Source: Paraphysomonas bandaiensis (Eukaryota > Protista > Chrysophyceae). From it: a DNA stretch of 64,000 nt. Positions 1 to 14,670 of this stretch are shown piece after piece. The first letter of the stretch is position 1. Every line of letters starts with the position of its first letter. The position numbers and the translations under genes are program-made. The stretch covers positions 186,001-250,000 of the forward strand of contig CBFFRP010000150.1 in assembly GCA_965644295.1 (NCBI GenBank). The letters run 5' to 3'. Under the pieces are notes generated by a model. That model was given only the letters and a program-made list of their open reading frames with translations. It did no database searches and was not told the origin of the DNA.

Positions 1-601
1 TTGTGGAAAATTTTCAATTAAAAGCAGAAATAATGCACTGCAGAGTGCAGAGAACTTAAGGTTGTTTCTAAGAACACAGTGAATCAACGACGAAAATGAG
101 AAATTCTAATTTCGGGTTTTACCTTGCAATGGGTTTATCCGCTAAATTCCTTTCAGAGGTTAGGTTGTTTTCTATAGTTTCGTTGAGAATTAACTGTAAC
201 TTGTCATTTTGAGACTAGACACTAGCCCCACAGTGAAAGTTCTAATCCCTTACTTTCTGTCCAACTTATGCCAAATACTTTTCATAAATTCATGTTCAAG
301 CTAACGTTTGATAACGCAATCTTTCACTATTCACTATTCGCATATTGGCAGTGAATATAGGTGGAAATATTATATAATTAGTGTAAATTATTATCGCTCG
401 ACTGAACACTTCTTAGAGTAAGCATGTGCAGTTTTCTGTTTAGCTGTTTAGAATCCTTTGTCATCTCTGATTAGCAGCACCTTCACAAAGAGGACATAAA
501 GCTCCGTGTAACCGTCGGAGTTTATTGTACATATCACAGAGTGGTTATCTGTTTTATGCACATACATATTCATCTTGTGAACGCTAGATTATAAAACAAT
601 A

Positions 602-2155
602 TCAAAGTGGTGGTTCACATATCCAGTGCCTTTTCACCCACAACACATCTCTTATATGGTGAGGCTTGGGATGTAGGGGGAAGCAGACTAATCCAGTCGG
701 CTGAGGAATGTCTCCGCCCTCTGTAGCCATGGCTTTTGCGTCAGAATAATCGACTGCAAGACCAGGGTAGATATCTTGAACAAATGCCACATCTTGCATT
801 ACTCCCGTTTCAGCATCGGATAGCATTAACTCTAGGTAGTGGTCAAATTTGTACATCACACGTGATACCTCAGCATAATGGCTTTTCAGGAAGTAGAAGA
901 GGTTATGGGGGAAGGGGGCAGGTTGTAAAGGCATGTGCGCTGAGTTGACAGGAGGGGCACGCCATATCATAACACTGGAGTTAATCCCACAGGGCCGACC
1001 TTTGATAAGCAGAAATCATGTATTGCAAGTATAGAAGAAACACAGGACAGGCGTATTGACATACACTCATCAAAACATTCACAATTACCCATATTCACAC
1101 CTTCATTAGATAGCCATTTCGCGCCCAGACAAATAAAATGTGGCCCAGATTTTTGCTCAATTGCTAGTGGATCAGATAGTAGAGCATTAACGGTCTGAGA
1201 ACACAGCACTGTGTCGAGGTCTAAATACAGCACGCGTCCAAAGAGAGCAGCCTCGGGACTGAACAAATAAGCTTTACACCACCAACCCCGCCAGCCCCAA
1301 GATTTAATATCAGGAAGTAAACTACATACACGGAAGACTTGTTAAAGGCGACACAAAAATAAAATATAGTGCCAATAAAAGAACTACTTAAATAGGAATA
1401 GCGTCACAATAAACACAATGTACACAGTTATCTACATACCGATACTCCACCCCGGGCCTACGTATCAGCTTCTCATCCTCCGGTGTGTCTGTGAAGCACA
1501 CAATACTAGTATTCTGAGCATTTTCTGGCGTAAGAAATCTATACAAGGCCAGTACGAGAGCGTTCACATATTCAGCACCGTATTTTGTTCCCCATTTCAC
1601 CATTACAATTGTGGTGGTGCACAATTCAACTTCTGTCTCAGTACAAACACGTGAAATATCATAGCACGTGCGTATCTCTCCGGGTGACGGTAGGGATGGT
1701 AATCGATTGCGAGTTAATTCCAATGCCTCCACGAATTTGCCCATTTGTCTCAAAGCAATGTTCATATTGTACAAACAATGACAGTCATTAGCTTTTACCT
1801 CGAGACCCTATCGCAATACCGATATTAGCATCACTCAATATCATGAACACATTATTACCTTTCTACAGTAATCAACAGCTTTAGAAGGATTATTCAATTT
1901 AATTAATACCGCAGCAGCTGCACTATATGCTTCAACTATATGTGGATTTAAACGAATAGCTTCTAGAAAACATTGAAGTTGTTCTTGAGGATCAATATCT
2001 TCTATTGATGTTAGTGCTAATCCAAGATTAAAATATCCTCTAAAGTCATGTTTCGATTGTTCGATACATTTACGAAATACACTGGCTGCTTTCGTATAAT
2101 TTTTATTTTTTAAAAAAAAACTTCCTAATGTAAGTAATGTTGATGTATCATCCAT
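602..2155 (-). CDS. TPR-repeat protein fused to a GT-A-type glycosyltransferase-like domain (4 exons)
   Basis: The N-terminus has TPR helices (YTKAASVFRKCIE..GYFNLGLAL..AIRLNP). After splicing three GT-AG introns (first is 1808-1858, 51 nt), the C-terminal part reads VKWGTKYGAEYVNAL..GWWCKAYLF..VLYLDLDTV (DxD)..GINSSVMIW..FPLHPKPH. Confidence 0.8.
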
Positions 2156-2727
2156 TGAATACTATGTAGATCAATGTATATATATGTGTGGATATATAGA
2201 TATGGGTGTGTAGTAATATGTCAGTAGGAAAGGACTAATGGATGGTTAGAGGTAATAGTAGAGTGAAACCAAGAGATGTCAAAGGGATGGAATGTCATGA
2301 TGAATGATGAGTATGATTGTGTCCCTCTGATGACCCTCTGATGACATATTGTCAGATTATTCATGCATGTTACTACAATGAGATCATGTGGTGGGCTGGT
2401 GACTGTACAATACCCCTGGGATACGACACCCCACTGCTGTACTGCTGTACTACAAATCTACCAATTCATCCAATCACACACACTGTATCCTACAGACAGT
2501 TAATACTGTGCTATATGCTATATGGCAGTATACCATAATACAGTGCTGTATACTGGACTATTCTTCTATGCATATTCCATATGAGAATATTCTTCATATC
2601 TCATACATACATATATAGGAAGCAATCCTGCCTATATATACATACATATACATGTATGTGATCATTCAGTTCAGGAGTTGTCCATATATAACACCCCCCT
2701 CTTTCTCATATTACACACCATCGAACT

Positions 2728-3280
2728 ATGGATCTATCACGTTACCTAAATAAAATCAATGATGAGATTAAAAAGACTCCTATAATAAACAAATATGCCC
2801 TTATTCTTCATGATAAAACCCATATATCACCTGAGGTGTATGTTCTAGCTATTGGAGGGCTCTTATCTCTTATGATCTTCTTTAATATATATGCTGGACT
2901 AATCTGGTAAGTAGATATCATCATATGATTAGACAAATCATCATTAGTCTACTGTTAGTAATATAGTGGGGGTTGTATATCCGCTCTATCAGTCTATTAA
3001 AGTTATTGAAATGAAACGAAAGGATGAAGATAAACAGTGGTATGAATACACGTATAGATACCATTTTACTATTACTAATGTCTTCCCTAGGCTGATGTAT
3101 TGGGTAGTATATAGCCTCATATGTTGCTTCGAGGCGTTCATTGATGTCATCACTTACTGGGTCCCATTCTACTATCCACTCAAAGTGACTTTCCTTGTGT
3201 GGTGTATGCATCCCACATATAAGGGCGCAACAGTCGTTCACTCATACTTCTTACAAGATTTCGTGTTAAAATTCATATGA
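2728..3280 (+). CDS. REEP/DP1/Yop1 (HVA22 family) ER-shaping protein, 3 exons
   Basis: Motifs GVVYPLYQSIKVIE..DKQWLMYWVVYS..WVPFYYPLKVTFLVWCMHP, joined by two short GT-AG introns. Confidence 0.9.
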
Positions 3281-4873
3281 TAACTGATTTTACTGACGGT
3301 AGTAGTCAAGGTGACACCAAAACTGATTCGTCGTTGGCCTCTCTTGTTGTATTGGATACGGATATACACTCATTTTTACGATATATTATTGATTATGTGG
3401 TAAGCTCGTACTGAGACCAGACAAAAGGTAGATCGTTAATTTTTATTTATCTAATCTTTGAGCATGTGTGTTGTAAACGTAATTTGAGGATTTTGATGTC
3501 GAAATATTGTTTGGGGACTATATTGAGTAAAATGTTGAAAATACTGTTAGCCCAGAAGAGCGCATTTCTATTTTTTCCATTAGCATCATTGTCAGTGTAC
3601 ATTAGGGCTTCATATGAATGAATCGTATAAAGAAGAAAAATGGTATTAACAGTGCTAATTCATTCAACGAGTAGATTAACTTACAGATATCCATAAACCT
3701 ACTTCTCCCAAGCCTTTCACTGTACTGTGTGCACGAAATTGTCTACAACTTCTATTACAGTGCTTCGATATTTGTGTAATAGTGCTTCGTATACACGAGC
3801 AATACGGATGATTCTCCGTATTCGTATGTTTAATTGTAGCTTATCCTCATGATGTTGAAAACCTAATTTCTAGATTATATATATAGGTGTTTGTAGCATG
3901 CCTGCTGTAAATGAAAATAGGTGTTCCCTGATTAACATTGCAAGCTCAAAGTACTGTTTCATATCGATGGTTAATATTGACTAATATTGCAATAATTTAT
4001 TTTTGCTTGCTACAATATATTGATTATCGCTTTAGAAAAATTTGCTCATGCTAGTGTGTCTAAGAAAATATACTTGATTAATCATAAACTACTCTTCATA
4101 ATCACATAACTCATCTACAATTATAACATTAAGCAAGCAAGAAGTTACGACGACAGCTTGACACCGATTATCGATCGAACAAGCACATATTTAGTACAAC
4201 AAAAGTTGATGAGCGTTTGTGCAACAGAGGCAAGATAATCATGACACATTTGCTACGCCTCGACTACTGCTTTTTCTTCGCTTCAACAAGCTCTGTAAAC
4301 CGCCAATGGACTGTTCAATCATATGAATGAGAGCGATAGTGACAAAGAGTTGGAACACTTAGAGTACTAGTTGCGGCATTGTTATTGGGTTTTCATCATT
4401 ATGTTGTAACTTCTACTAACTAATTACTAGTTACAACCAGTATATATCAATATATAGCAACATTGTATTTAATAATTATTATTGGTCTTGAAATATTCTT
4501 CTTACTATTATTTTTATTTTAGCTGGAAATAATTTGCAATTTATTATATAGTGTTGACTGGCCCTGGTGCGAGGCATATAACTATAAAAGTGATGGTGAG
4601 TGTGAAAGTTGTAGTTGTACGAAGTACGAAGCTTATTGTTGTTGCTAGAAGCAAAATTCAGGTAAAAGAACACTTTTTTAGACTAATGTGGATAACAAAT
4701 GATTCTGCCTAGTCATAACTTGTACTTACGTAAAAGCTACACATTGCACATTACAACTTTGCTAATTATTATGAGTCAGGTCATTTCATACATCTCACAT
4801 TTTCACCACTTGAATATTGTCTATTCACTACCACGCAATAACTAGTCAAAACACCACAGTTTCGTGGACCGCC

Positions 4874-7467
4874 TCATATTGCCCCTGTCACCACATCGCT
4901 GACTTCTTCGAGCTCAAATGTAACTTCTTCGAACAACACTTCGATAGTAAAATCTTTGGGGAATTTCTTATGCTTTTTGTCCTTATGAACTTTGTCAATC
5001 TCCGGTTTGGTGAGAACGACCTTGTTGTCACGAATGAAGCCACTGTGCAGCCAGAACTGGCATATTTTCTTCTTACCCACCGCAGTCTTGTCGTATATAG
5101 TAATCAAAAACTCATCAACTACTGTCACAGCTGGGACAGGTAACGTGATGGGTCCCTGCCCCCTGTAAGTACATGACGGAAGGAAATCGGTAGAGGTGAT
5201 AGTGGACCCCCCACACTTTATACGGAACACGGGGTCGAAAGAGCCCATCATATTCAGCCGAGGATTAGCACTCAGTCGTATCTCAATGACAGACAGGGCC
5301 ACAGGACTGTAAACTTCCCCTTTCTCACGAGTAGAAAGCAAGGAAGTCGGCTGACAAACAGGATCCGCCGTATGTGAATCATTATCTTGACATTTACGTT
5401 CAAGGAGGAATTTGTCGGTCCCTAAAGTATCATCTCCGAGTGTCATTTCTTCACCACAGTCTTGCAGCATGTGTTGTACTTCCTCCTGAAGGACATGTTG
5501 GGATAAGGAATGCTTACGTGCAAAAAAGTGTACATATACATGTTGACCAATGGTCACACGAATCAGACTACAGTTCATTACATTATAATCGCACACAGAT
5601 CACAGTACAGTGTATAAAGCCAATTACACCAACAACGTATATTAGCATTGTGTCACCTGATGAGATGTCATCCATAGGCTGGCTTGAGCATAACTAACCC
5701 GTTTCCCTTTTGTAGTTGCCGCAGCTTGAAGGGACGCCCTTCTGAGTTTTGCCTTTAGATCACACGAACCGCTGTAGTCTTTGAATTCCCCTATATTCCA
5801 AACGACATAACCGATACACATCTTACATAATATATACACTGCGATTAACTTATAGATTGATTGGCATACATATATATATAGCATAAAGAATATGTCCTAC
5901 CTGTACTTGTCTGTATGACAGGTCTCTCAGTTGTGTCTTCAGCAACCTCTACAGAGAGTCCCTGCATCTGTCGAAGATTAAACAAACCCGATGTGGCATA
6001 TGAAATATATTCTACACACAAATACAGCGTAGTTCCAACACCGCTTCATAGCGACAAAATCACGACACATCTGTCTAACAAGCCTAACCATATAGAATGT
6101 TGTCACATCTATCAATATAACACGAAATCGAAATCATAGCAGTGCTTGTAAACGTAAGTATAGGCATTTAAACGTAAGTACTATGAGCATCAGAAAACAA
6201 TACCTCCTGGCCTAAAACGCACTCATCAAGTGACTCCATGGTGGTGAGCTTTCTACCATCCTCGTCAGAGTCACTCTCGTTCTCATCCCCTACGTATACG
6301 AAAAAATGTATTACAGATGGATACAAGACAAAAACAGGGTATATCCCCTTCGTTAACTACAACAGAGTTCGTTACAATGTAATTCACGACAGCTATATCA
6401 CTTGGCAGCGACAAGAAAAGCGAAATATATGTGAACCAATATACCTGATTCAAGATCTTTCTTAGCATCATCCATAGACTCAATTAGCTCCCTTTTGTCC
6501 ACACCTGTGATGCTATTGGTCCTTCCTCTCGGGTAATCTGTAAACGCCCTAATGTTATCGACACCACGCCATTACTTTGTGCATCCTTACCATCTTTCAC
6601 ACATTCAGTTTCACTAGGGGCTGTGCCCGTTCTGCACAACTCGGCAAAGTATCCTATGAACCTTCGCTGAGAGGGTATTGTTACACCCTTCTGATTATTA
6701 GTCCTAGCAAACCCGTAAAACCTCATACAGTCCTCCGCGTTGTCCCACTCATTAATATAGAGAAGGTAAGCACAAATCATTACCCCGGTGCGTCCCTTGC
6801 CAGCTTTGCAATGAATTGCTACAACGTTCTCCTCGTCCTACATTACGATACACAAGTTCAGACAGACTAACAATCTTAACTCGCACGAATGGGAACATGC
6901 CGAGGTACACATATATATACACTAATGCTAACTTACGCTATTTAGCCAATCATCGACATCCTTACAATACGGTAGAAACATGGGCATGGGAGGTGGATTG
7001 TGGTCATCAAAGGGATACTTGCTGACACGTCCACCAAACATCTCCACAGGATAATCACGCTCTGAGCAAAGGTTGTAGATCTTAACTTTATCCCCGTGTT
7101 TACTCTTAAGAAATTCAGTCACATGCACAGCATTGTTGCGGTATATGCCCTCATTGCCACGTGCTGGAAATCCCATAGCAATTATACGCGGAGTGATATA
7201 AGTTAAATCAAGATCAAAACCATCCTCCTTATGTCGTCGCTTTTTCTTTGATACCATTTGACGGATACCATTTGACCATGTTAATAAGTGACTGCTATTT
7301 CGTCGAGATAATTCTTCTTTTGATTCTTTAGATGTAGAATCCTTACGAACATAATCAATTATTGAACCAAATATTGTTTGTCGTCCAGGTGTGCCTGGTT
7401 GATTATCTGTAATATCAGTTGTCTCTTCTTTATTACTATTGTGTTCATTAGTTGGATGTGTCTCCAT
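4874..7467 (-). CDS. PTEN: PTEN-family phosphoinositide phosphatase with C-terminal C2 domain, multi-exon
   Basis: [35 protein letters not shown], catalytic [10 protein letters not shown] after splicing, GVTIPSQRR, and a C2 tail [27 protein letters not shown]. Middle exons (5600-6480) are only approximately resolved. Confidence 0.93.
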
Positions 7468-8088
7468 ATGTATATATATGACAATAGAATTAATTTATAC
7501 TGAATTTTTTAATATGTAAACATGTTAATTTTAATATTAAAACAGTATAAAATGGATTTGAATTGTTATGATAGTTATTAAGAGGGATTCTTGTATCTAT
7601 ATATTTATAATGAGGAGAGAGAGAGTAGATACAGTTATATATGTATATATAGGTATGTAGGTATACGTAGTATCCAGTCATGTCCATTTTTACTATATAT
7701 GCATACACTCTGTATCTATACGTATCAGTGTAGTGCTACGACAATCTCTATAGTATAGTCGTGTAGTCGTCAGTGATATGAGTGGTATGTACTGCTGTAC
7801 TGCTGTGTCTAAATATACACTGCTGCTCTCTGTTAACGTTTTTTTAATGAACTGCAACTATGGAATACTGTGGTATACATATGTATATCAGGTGTGTACG
7901 CTTGTATGTATAGTGGGAAGTATAGACAGTACAGTATAGATGCATTAACTGCTCAGATATATCTGGACTATGTGTTGTACATATGGATGTGTTGCTCCTT
8001 AATGTTCAATTGCAGTTATTTGCACCTTATATCTGATGTTGGGGTGCATTTTAAAGCCATAGATTGACTTATCTGCAGCAAACAAGCA

Positions 8089-9476
8089 ATGGTTGGTCGT
8101 GCACTCTGCTCTAGGCTTCTTATTCTTGTTGTGGTACTTCTGGATTCGCTTGGACAGGTGCACACTGAGAAAAATGAATCTATTTACGATCAGATTCACG
8201 TGGTCTATACTGTAGATGTGACCAGCATATCACAGTTTGCATTGTCTGTTTCATCTCTAAACGACTACGGCGGAAATTTTGTCTCTATTAATGTCCATAC
8301 CGTTGTTTGTGCCTCGACAGAAGCTTCTGCCGATACCCTCATTCAAAACATCATAAACTCTATTGCACCATGCTTTACATCCTTGCGGTTTTGGCAGTAC
8401 ACTATGCTAAATCAGGACAAAAGTGATCATAATAGAGCAGATTTGAAGTCTCCTCATTGGTATGGATCAACAGAATTGGTTCGTAATCACATACCTGTCA
8501 TTATCCCAAAGCTGGACAGATACATATACTTTGATAATGATGTTATTCTTACCAAGCATGGTATACTGGAGAAACTCTGGACTTACAATCTGTCCGGAAG
8601 GGCACTTGGTATTGTCGGCAATGTACTGCATAATGTTGAGGCCAAACGATATTTGTTGCCAGCATTTAATATGCAAAGCATTTCTCTTCAAAAACTATTC
8701 AATTATCAAGGCGACCCATCATCGTTTACGCTGAATCACATATTAAAAGAGATGCCTTCATTCCCAAACAATGGTGTCATGATTGTTGATGCGGTGGAAT
8801 GGCTCAAGCTTGGTCTCAACAAGCTCGTCAGGTATGTTTCTCACCCAGATGCGCACTGACAACTCATAATATGCACAGTGAGGTAGAGAATGTGATTAAA
8901 ACTGAGATGCCTACTCGTCCCGTGGGTTCCCAGCCCGTTGCCATGCTTGCGTTGCACAGACACTGGACGTTACTGCCTCAGGTCATGTGGTTTTCTTGTT
9001 CAATTGAATGGACTCCTTATATGTTTGGCAGATATTCAACTTGCGAATGGCTGGGTCTGGCAAGGCGCACCACGCCTACATGATGCGCATGTGAGTTCAC
9101 GACAATTGATACGAGACCTCACTGTTGATAACAGCATATCTTAACTAGGGGGGTTGGAATACTGCACTTTGCTGGAGCACAAAAACCAAACCAGATGTGC
9201 AATGTCACTTTGCGAACTTTTAAAACTCCACTACCGGAAAGGTATAGAAAGAATCTGAGTTCTCTGATTATTTTCTGGTGATTTGCTATTGACAGGATGA
9301 TTATGCTTCATCACTTTGCTGATCAGTGCAAGAGAATGGTGAATCAATGTCCTAGCAGTCCCTACACGTGTCCATACCTGTGTTCTCAGATTGATAGCAC
9401 TTTTGCAGACCTCTGTGATGCGAATCCTCATGTATATCGCAATACACCGTGGGCTGTACTATTTTCTCAGGTTTGA
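8089..9476 (+). CDS. Glycosyltransferase family 8-like protein with N-terminal signal/anchor, multi-exon
   Basis: Hydrophobic N-terminus, YIYFDNDVIL (DxD), NNGVMIVDAVEW, GSQP, ILHFAGAQKP. Stop TGA at 9474-9476 after splicing. Confidence 0.8.
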
Positions 9477-9669
9477 CAAATGCATTTATTTTAGTTTATA
9501 CTGAATTGTTACTGAATAGAAATGTGACAACGGCGTGGGGTCTTTGTACCACATGTATATGAAGAACTATACTGCTTTCGTGAACAAAATGAAATTCACA
9601 TGTACTGTTCCAGATTGCTTGTTTTGATTTAAGCAATAGATATGTCATTATTAGATTTCTAGGTGTGGT

Positions 9670-9717
9670 TATTATTCACTTGTTTTACTGAATATTATTC
9701 ACTTGTTTTACTGAATA
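9670..9717. repeat. Tandem duplication of a 23-bp unit (tattattcacttgttttactgaa x2)
   Basis: Seen directly in the sequence. Confidence 0.85.
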
Positions 9718-10616
9718 TACTGGCAACTGTATAGTGCACTTGCTACTTGCATATGTTGATGTCAAGGTTTTCATATATTATTATGAAATGAATTAATGCA
9801 GTGGTGTTCCACCTAATTTATTACTAAACATAGTTTTATTGGCACACAGGATAAAGCTATCTGCCGCCTAAATAGTGAGAACATATATCTAACATTCTCT
9901 AGAAGCAACCCGCACACTATGAACTATAAATAATACATAATCACCTTCTACAACTATATGGTGGATTATAAGCTTGAGGAATGAATATCACATTGTTGAA
10001 ATGGTAGAATCGCCTTATCACATCAAAAAAACTAGTCTAGTAGATGGAAAACCTAGCCATTCAACAATTACGATTTTGAGTTTAACAATGAATAGACATT
10101 CACAATTTTTTTGACTTGATTGAAAATTATATCTCGCTTGATAGAGTCAGACAGTCAAAATCTCTCTCGAAGGACCGAATAAATCACTGCTAGAAATTCG
10201 GTTTTCCAGTATCTCGGACGAGTTTATTTCTATAACGTATAGGTGGCACAGCATTTCTATGAAATATAACTTAACTCGAAACTTCATTGAAACTTATTTC
10301 GAGATGCTCCACTTCGGTTGGTCAGATTATCAAAGCATCACTGCAGTTTTTAATAAAGTACATGCTATAACAATGTAGTTCATGATTAGGCCATTGTCTA
10401 CGATAGATATCATCTCAGTCCAACGGTTTATAGGGAACCTGAAGACAAGACAATGGATACCATTGAAGGGTTGATGAACACCGATAATGTAAGTTACGGT
10501 GCAGATTGTATGCAAAACACTCTCATCATTATTCAAACTTAACCTCAATGTGTTGAATGGGTGTTCATGTAATGCCATTTGCTTGCAATCAATCCAAAGA
10601 CCGTCATGTACATGTA

Positions 10617-10742
10617 CGTTTGTATATTTTTGTTTCAAGATGCCTCTAATATTGAGGCAACAATTATCTGTATTCCAGCCGTAGTTATACAGGAGTTATA
10701 TAGAAGCTTTTTGTTTCCATGTATTCCCGAAAAATAAGATGC
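10617..10742 (+). repeat. Dispersed repeat copy A (inverted partner at 21563-21688)
   Basis: tgtatatttttg..aagatgcctct(a/t)atattgag..aattatctgtatt(c/t)cagc(c/t)gtagttata..cgaaaaataagatgc aligns by eye to the reverse complement of 21563-21688. Confidence 0.8.
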
Positions 10743-11332
10743 ATACGTACATGTACATTGTGTACTCTGTACATACAAAACAAAGGGTGGCTAAAAATAT
10801 CTGATTTTGAGTTAATTATCAAGAAACCCTGAAAAGTATACCTTTTTGAGATTTTGGAAATGTTCGCTTCAGTCTGTTTACGAAGTATGTAGCCGGTAAC
10901 GGATAGATGTGACTGTTACACTTCATACAGAAAAAATCCTATACACTGCTGTATATATAGATGTACATTTGTTGGGATATATGTGCTGTATTCTTCATAC
11001 AGAAGTCCCTGCTGCATTGAAAAGGTTGGTTTCAGTTTAATATACATGAAGAGAAGAGGGCTCGGCTCCATTTGCTCTAGAATATGTCAATGAATATCAT
11101 ACCTTGCATTGAATACATGAAGTGTGTTGCATGCTAATTACTACAAGTACATTAATATACGACTGTGTATATACACATAACATATAAAACTCCTATAGCC
11201 CTAACAGGTCACTGAGTTTATGTATTTCATGCAACAAGAGATAAACTTATAGAGAGATGTATGTATCCTCTTATATAAAAGTCTATAATTAAAATTGACT
11301 GACTTTTAAAGTGAAGTATATTAAAAAAAATT

Positions 11333-14300
11333 ATGTTTGAATTAACAAAAAAAAATCTTCAACAAAGTGAATCTGAAAGAATATTCCATAATTATAAACC
11401 AATTAAAAATGCTAATGAAAGAGCACGTAAAATTGCTGAAGATAATGCAAAAAGAATATTAAAAGAATCAAATCCAAAAATTGAATATGATATACAACGT
11501 ATGGGACGTTTATATAATACAAGTTCAGATTCTGATCTCATTCACTATGAATTCAAATCATATCAACAACAAAAGAAAAAGAAAAAGAATATGGAATCTA
11601 ATTTTTCATTATTATCAAATAATGAGAATATGATATCATCTAAATGTGTGTATCATGATAGTGATATACTTCATACTGTATCTACACAACACAGTATGAA
11701 ATCAAAGTATCAAATATCTTCATCATCAAACAAGCAGAAGTTATTTAATACACACAGTGGTGTCAATTGGGAAGCACAGTATTTATCTGGTCATGAGAAT
11801 GATAAGATTTGTCCTATGCGTAGTGATACTGCAATACATCTATTGGAGAAAACACCTGGAGGAAAATATCATGTTCCTGATACACTTGACCCATATGATG
11901 TCGCATTCCAGGTAACAATATATGAGTGTATTGTTAGGTAGTCTAACAAGTGTTTGCGTACAGGGAAAACCTCAAGATAGTGTATATACTACTACTACTC
12001 CTTCGGAATGGAATATATCTAAAAAACGGGCTGACCATGAAGCATCTGCTCACACGTTAATGGAATCTGCTCCACCCTCGACGAAAGTATGCAGCAAGAG
12101 TGCTTTATTACTTCACTGGAATGCCACTGGAATGGATGCATCAACCGAGGGCACGGGAGAAACTGGTTCGGTATCATCTTCCTCTAAAGATCCTGCTATT
12201 CTCTATCCTTCTGCTCCGCAGAGTAGAGTTGACGCTGGACTGGCGAACAGTACAAAATATAGTAACTGGGGGTCCTGTCCTTCCGTCCTCGAGAGCCGGA
12301 TTCCGTCAGGAACGAATGAAAAGGACCTCAGTGCTCTTCAACGCACTCTGTTGTCGTGTGGGAAGTTACAATTAGCTGCCGATAAGAGTTCGAAATCCAT
12401 GGAAAAGAATATTGCGAAAGCGTTGGAGTCGGATGTCAAAATGACTAAGAAACATGCACGATGGCTACAACGACGCAAGAAAGGGAGCTATACTCAGCGA
12501 CCTGACTTTGCTAGGACTGGGGGTCCGTCGATTTCGACCCTTCCTTCGTTTGCGGAATCTGGTTCTTATGGTCGCTTTCTTGAAGATGCCTTCGGTGAGG
12601 GAGGGCTGCAGCGAAGACGGCCACAAACAAGGGAAGAGGTCATTCAATTAACCCGTACCAAGGGAATGCCGAATAAGAGTACCCAGGGTGTCAGAGGAAG
12701 TGCTTTAGAGGAGAACAGTTCGTATGTTGCTGGCGATACTCGTGATTTCACATCCCAGTCTATTACGAATGCCAAGAAGTCTAACAGCACTTTTGAGAAA
12801 TCGGTTAAAAGCATTGATAAACAGAACAAAGTTTCCACATACGATGAGGACCTGGCAAAGCACTTGGAGGTTACGACTTCGTCAGAGTCGGGAAATCCGT
12901 ACCGCTCACAGTATCGCAATGTCTCAAGGGTTCCGCTCTCCTGTGCTCAGTCCGTGAAGATGCTAAAAGAACGGAAAGTCGACTCGAAGATGTACTCTGA
13001 TAGTGTGATGCATACGAACTATGGAGGCTATAACGTAACAGTGAAGGAGCCGAATGTATCAAGTGTACCATCCAAAGACAACATCACCAGAGCTGTCGTG
13101 CAGATATCTCGTCGAGTATTGGTCTCATATGACACAAAGATTGTAGAAACGGGAGCCACATTACGGGTATATTACGGATCCAAATCACTGTCGTATAACG
13201 ATATTGTCAGGCTCTTCAAGACCTTCGCCACCCGACTCCTGGCATTGCTGCAATTGTAGACCTGAATAGGTGGGCATGTTTTCGTGTTCAGTTTTGTAAT
13301 ATGACATTGTCTAATATCAGAGCTTTTATTGATGCTGCTGCATTCAATCCCAGTCCGTGGCAACTGAGTAGGTTACAATTTCAGCAGGTACTCCAGGAGA
13401 AAGTCCCTTGGCTGGAATTAGATGTAAGAGTACATTCCTTTTGTGTACTGACAATGATATATGGATGGATAACAGGTTATTAAGCGACTTGCATCTGCTT
13501 ACGACCCTCACAGAAGTGGAGTAATTAAGTATGTCAGAATAACAGCTGCACTTATTGCTGGAAATCGACCTGCAATGAGTGTTCTGATGGCCCAACTTTC
13601 CAGAGGTAGATTTTATACTGTCTTTGATTATAGAGTTCAATGTTTTTTAGACCCGGACAATGTGGACAAAACGGGAAATGTATTTGTTCTTCGACTTCTT
13701 CATGGCCTGTATGAAGACTGTGATGGTGGAATCGCAGAGCAAGCTGCCTCTACTTTGGATAGGTTCATCATGTAAATTTTAAATACAGTTAAATCTTATT
13801 GCTGTTGTTAGAGTACAACCTAGTAGTACTTCGCTGACTGCAGAAAAAACAGAAGGAGCTGGAATAAAGCTAGAAGATATAGTCGAAATATTGTCAGCTT
13901 GCAGCTGTAGTGTGGAAGATGAGCTGCGAATGAGAGAGGTGGCAGAGGAAGTTGTACAGGTATACTCATACATTAACAGGGTTGGACGATATTCATGTTA
14001 ACGTAGGTTCTTTTTGAAGATGGTCAAAAGCATGACTTTGTGTCGGAGACTACAACAGTTGTACCGAAAAAGACTGGGCGAATGACAAGCCATAGTCGTA
14101 GCACGAAAAGAGGTATGCGGTTTTCATGAATTTACTTGCTCTTATTTGCTACTAGAAACACTATTGTTCGGAAATGCAAGCACTAGCACTTCAGAGTGCA
14201 CTGCTTCTTCTAAAGGGGAGGATGAATATGCACAGCATCGGTATAATTTACCACACCTTGGTGGCGATAGGTATGATTCATTAATTTTCAATATATATTA

Positions 14301-14670
14301 ACCGAAGTTCACTTCAGACCGTTGGCCAGCGTTGTGCTAAAACACCAAACGCTGAAAGGAGTGCGAGCAATTCCTAGAGTTAGCCAGGTTTTTTATTATA
14401 TTGGTTTCGCAAGCTTGGTAACTCTACAATTGTATAGAATGAGTTCGTGAAATGCGTAACACGGCACCCCACCCTAATGACCGAATTCAACGCGCAACTA
14501 ACTAGGTTTGACTATCGCATTACCTGTTACGTCAAGTGATATGCTTTAACCTTAGGTTCCGTGAATTAATGCATCCTTATGCCATTAAAGGGTCAATATC
14601 ATACGAAGACTCAGTTTTACAAAACAGTGCATATGGCAGTCGATCAAAACGCTATACGGAATCAAGTTGA
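11333..14670 (+). CDS. Large multi-exon protein of unknown function; mostly low-complexity, with a degenerate EF-hand-like region near 13350-13560
   Basis: ORFs 11333-11941 and 11922-13259 plus downstream exons flanked by GT/AG. The spliced segment LSRLQFQQVLQEKVPWLELDVIKRLASAYDPHRSGVIKY resembles an EF-hand. The stop position is tentative. Confidence 0.65.

Noticed and set aside
3300-4870. Long intergenic region with a short ORF (4479-4673)
   Set aside because: No coherent exon structure or protein motif.
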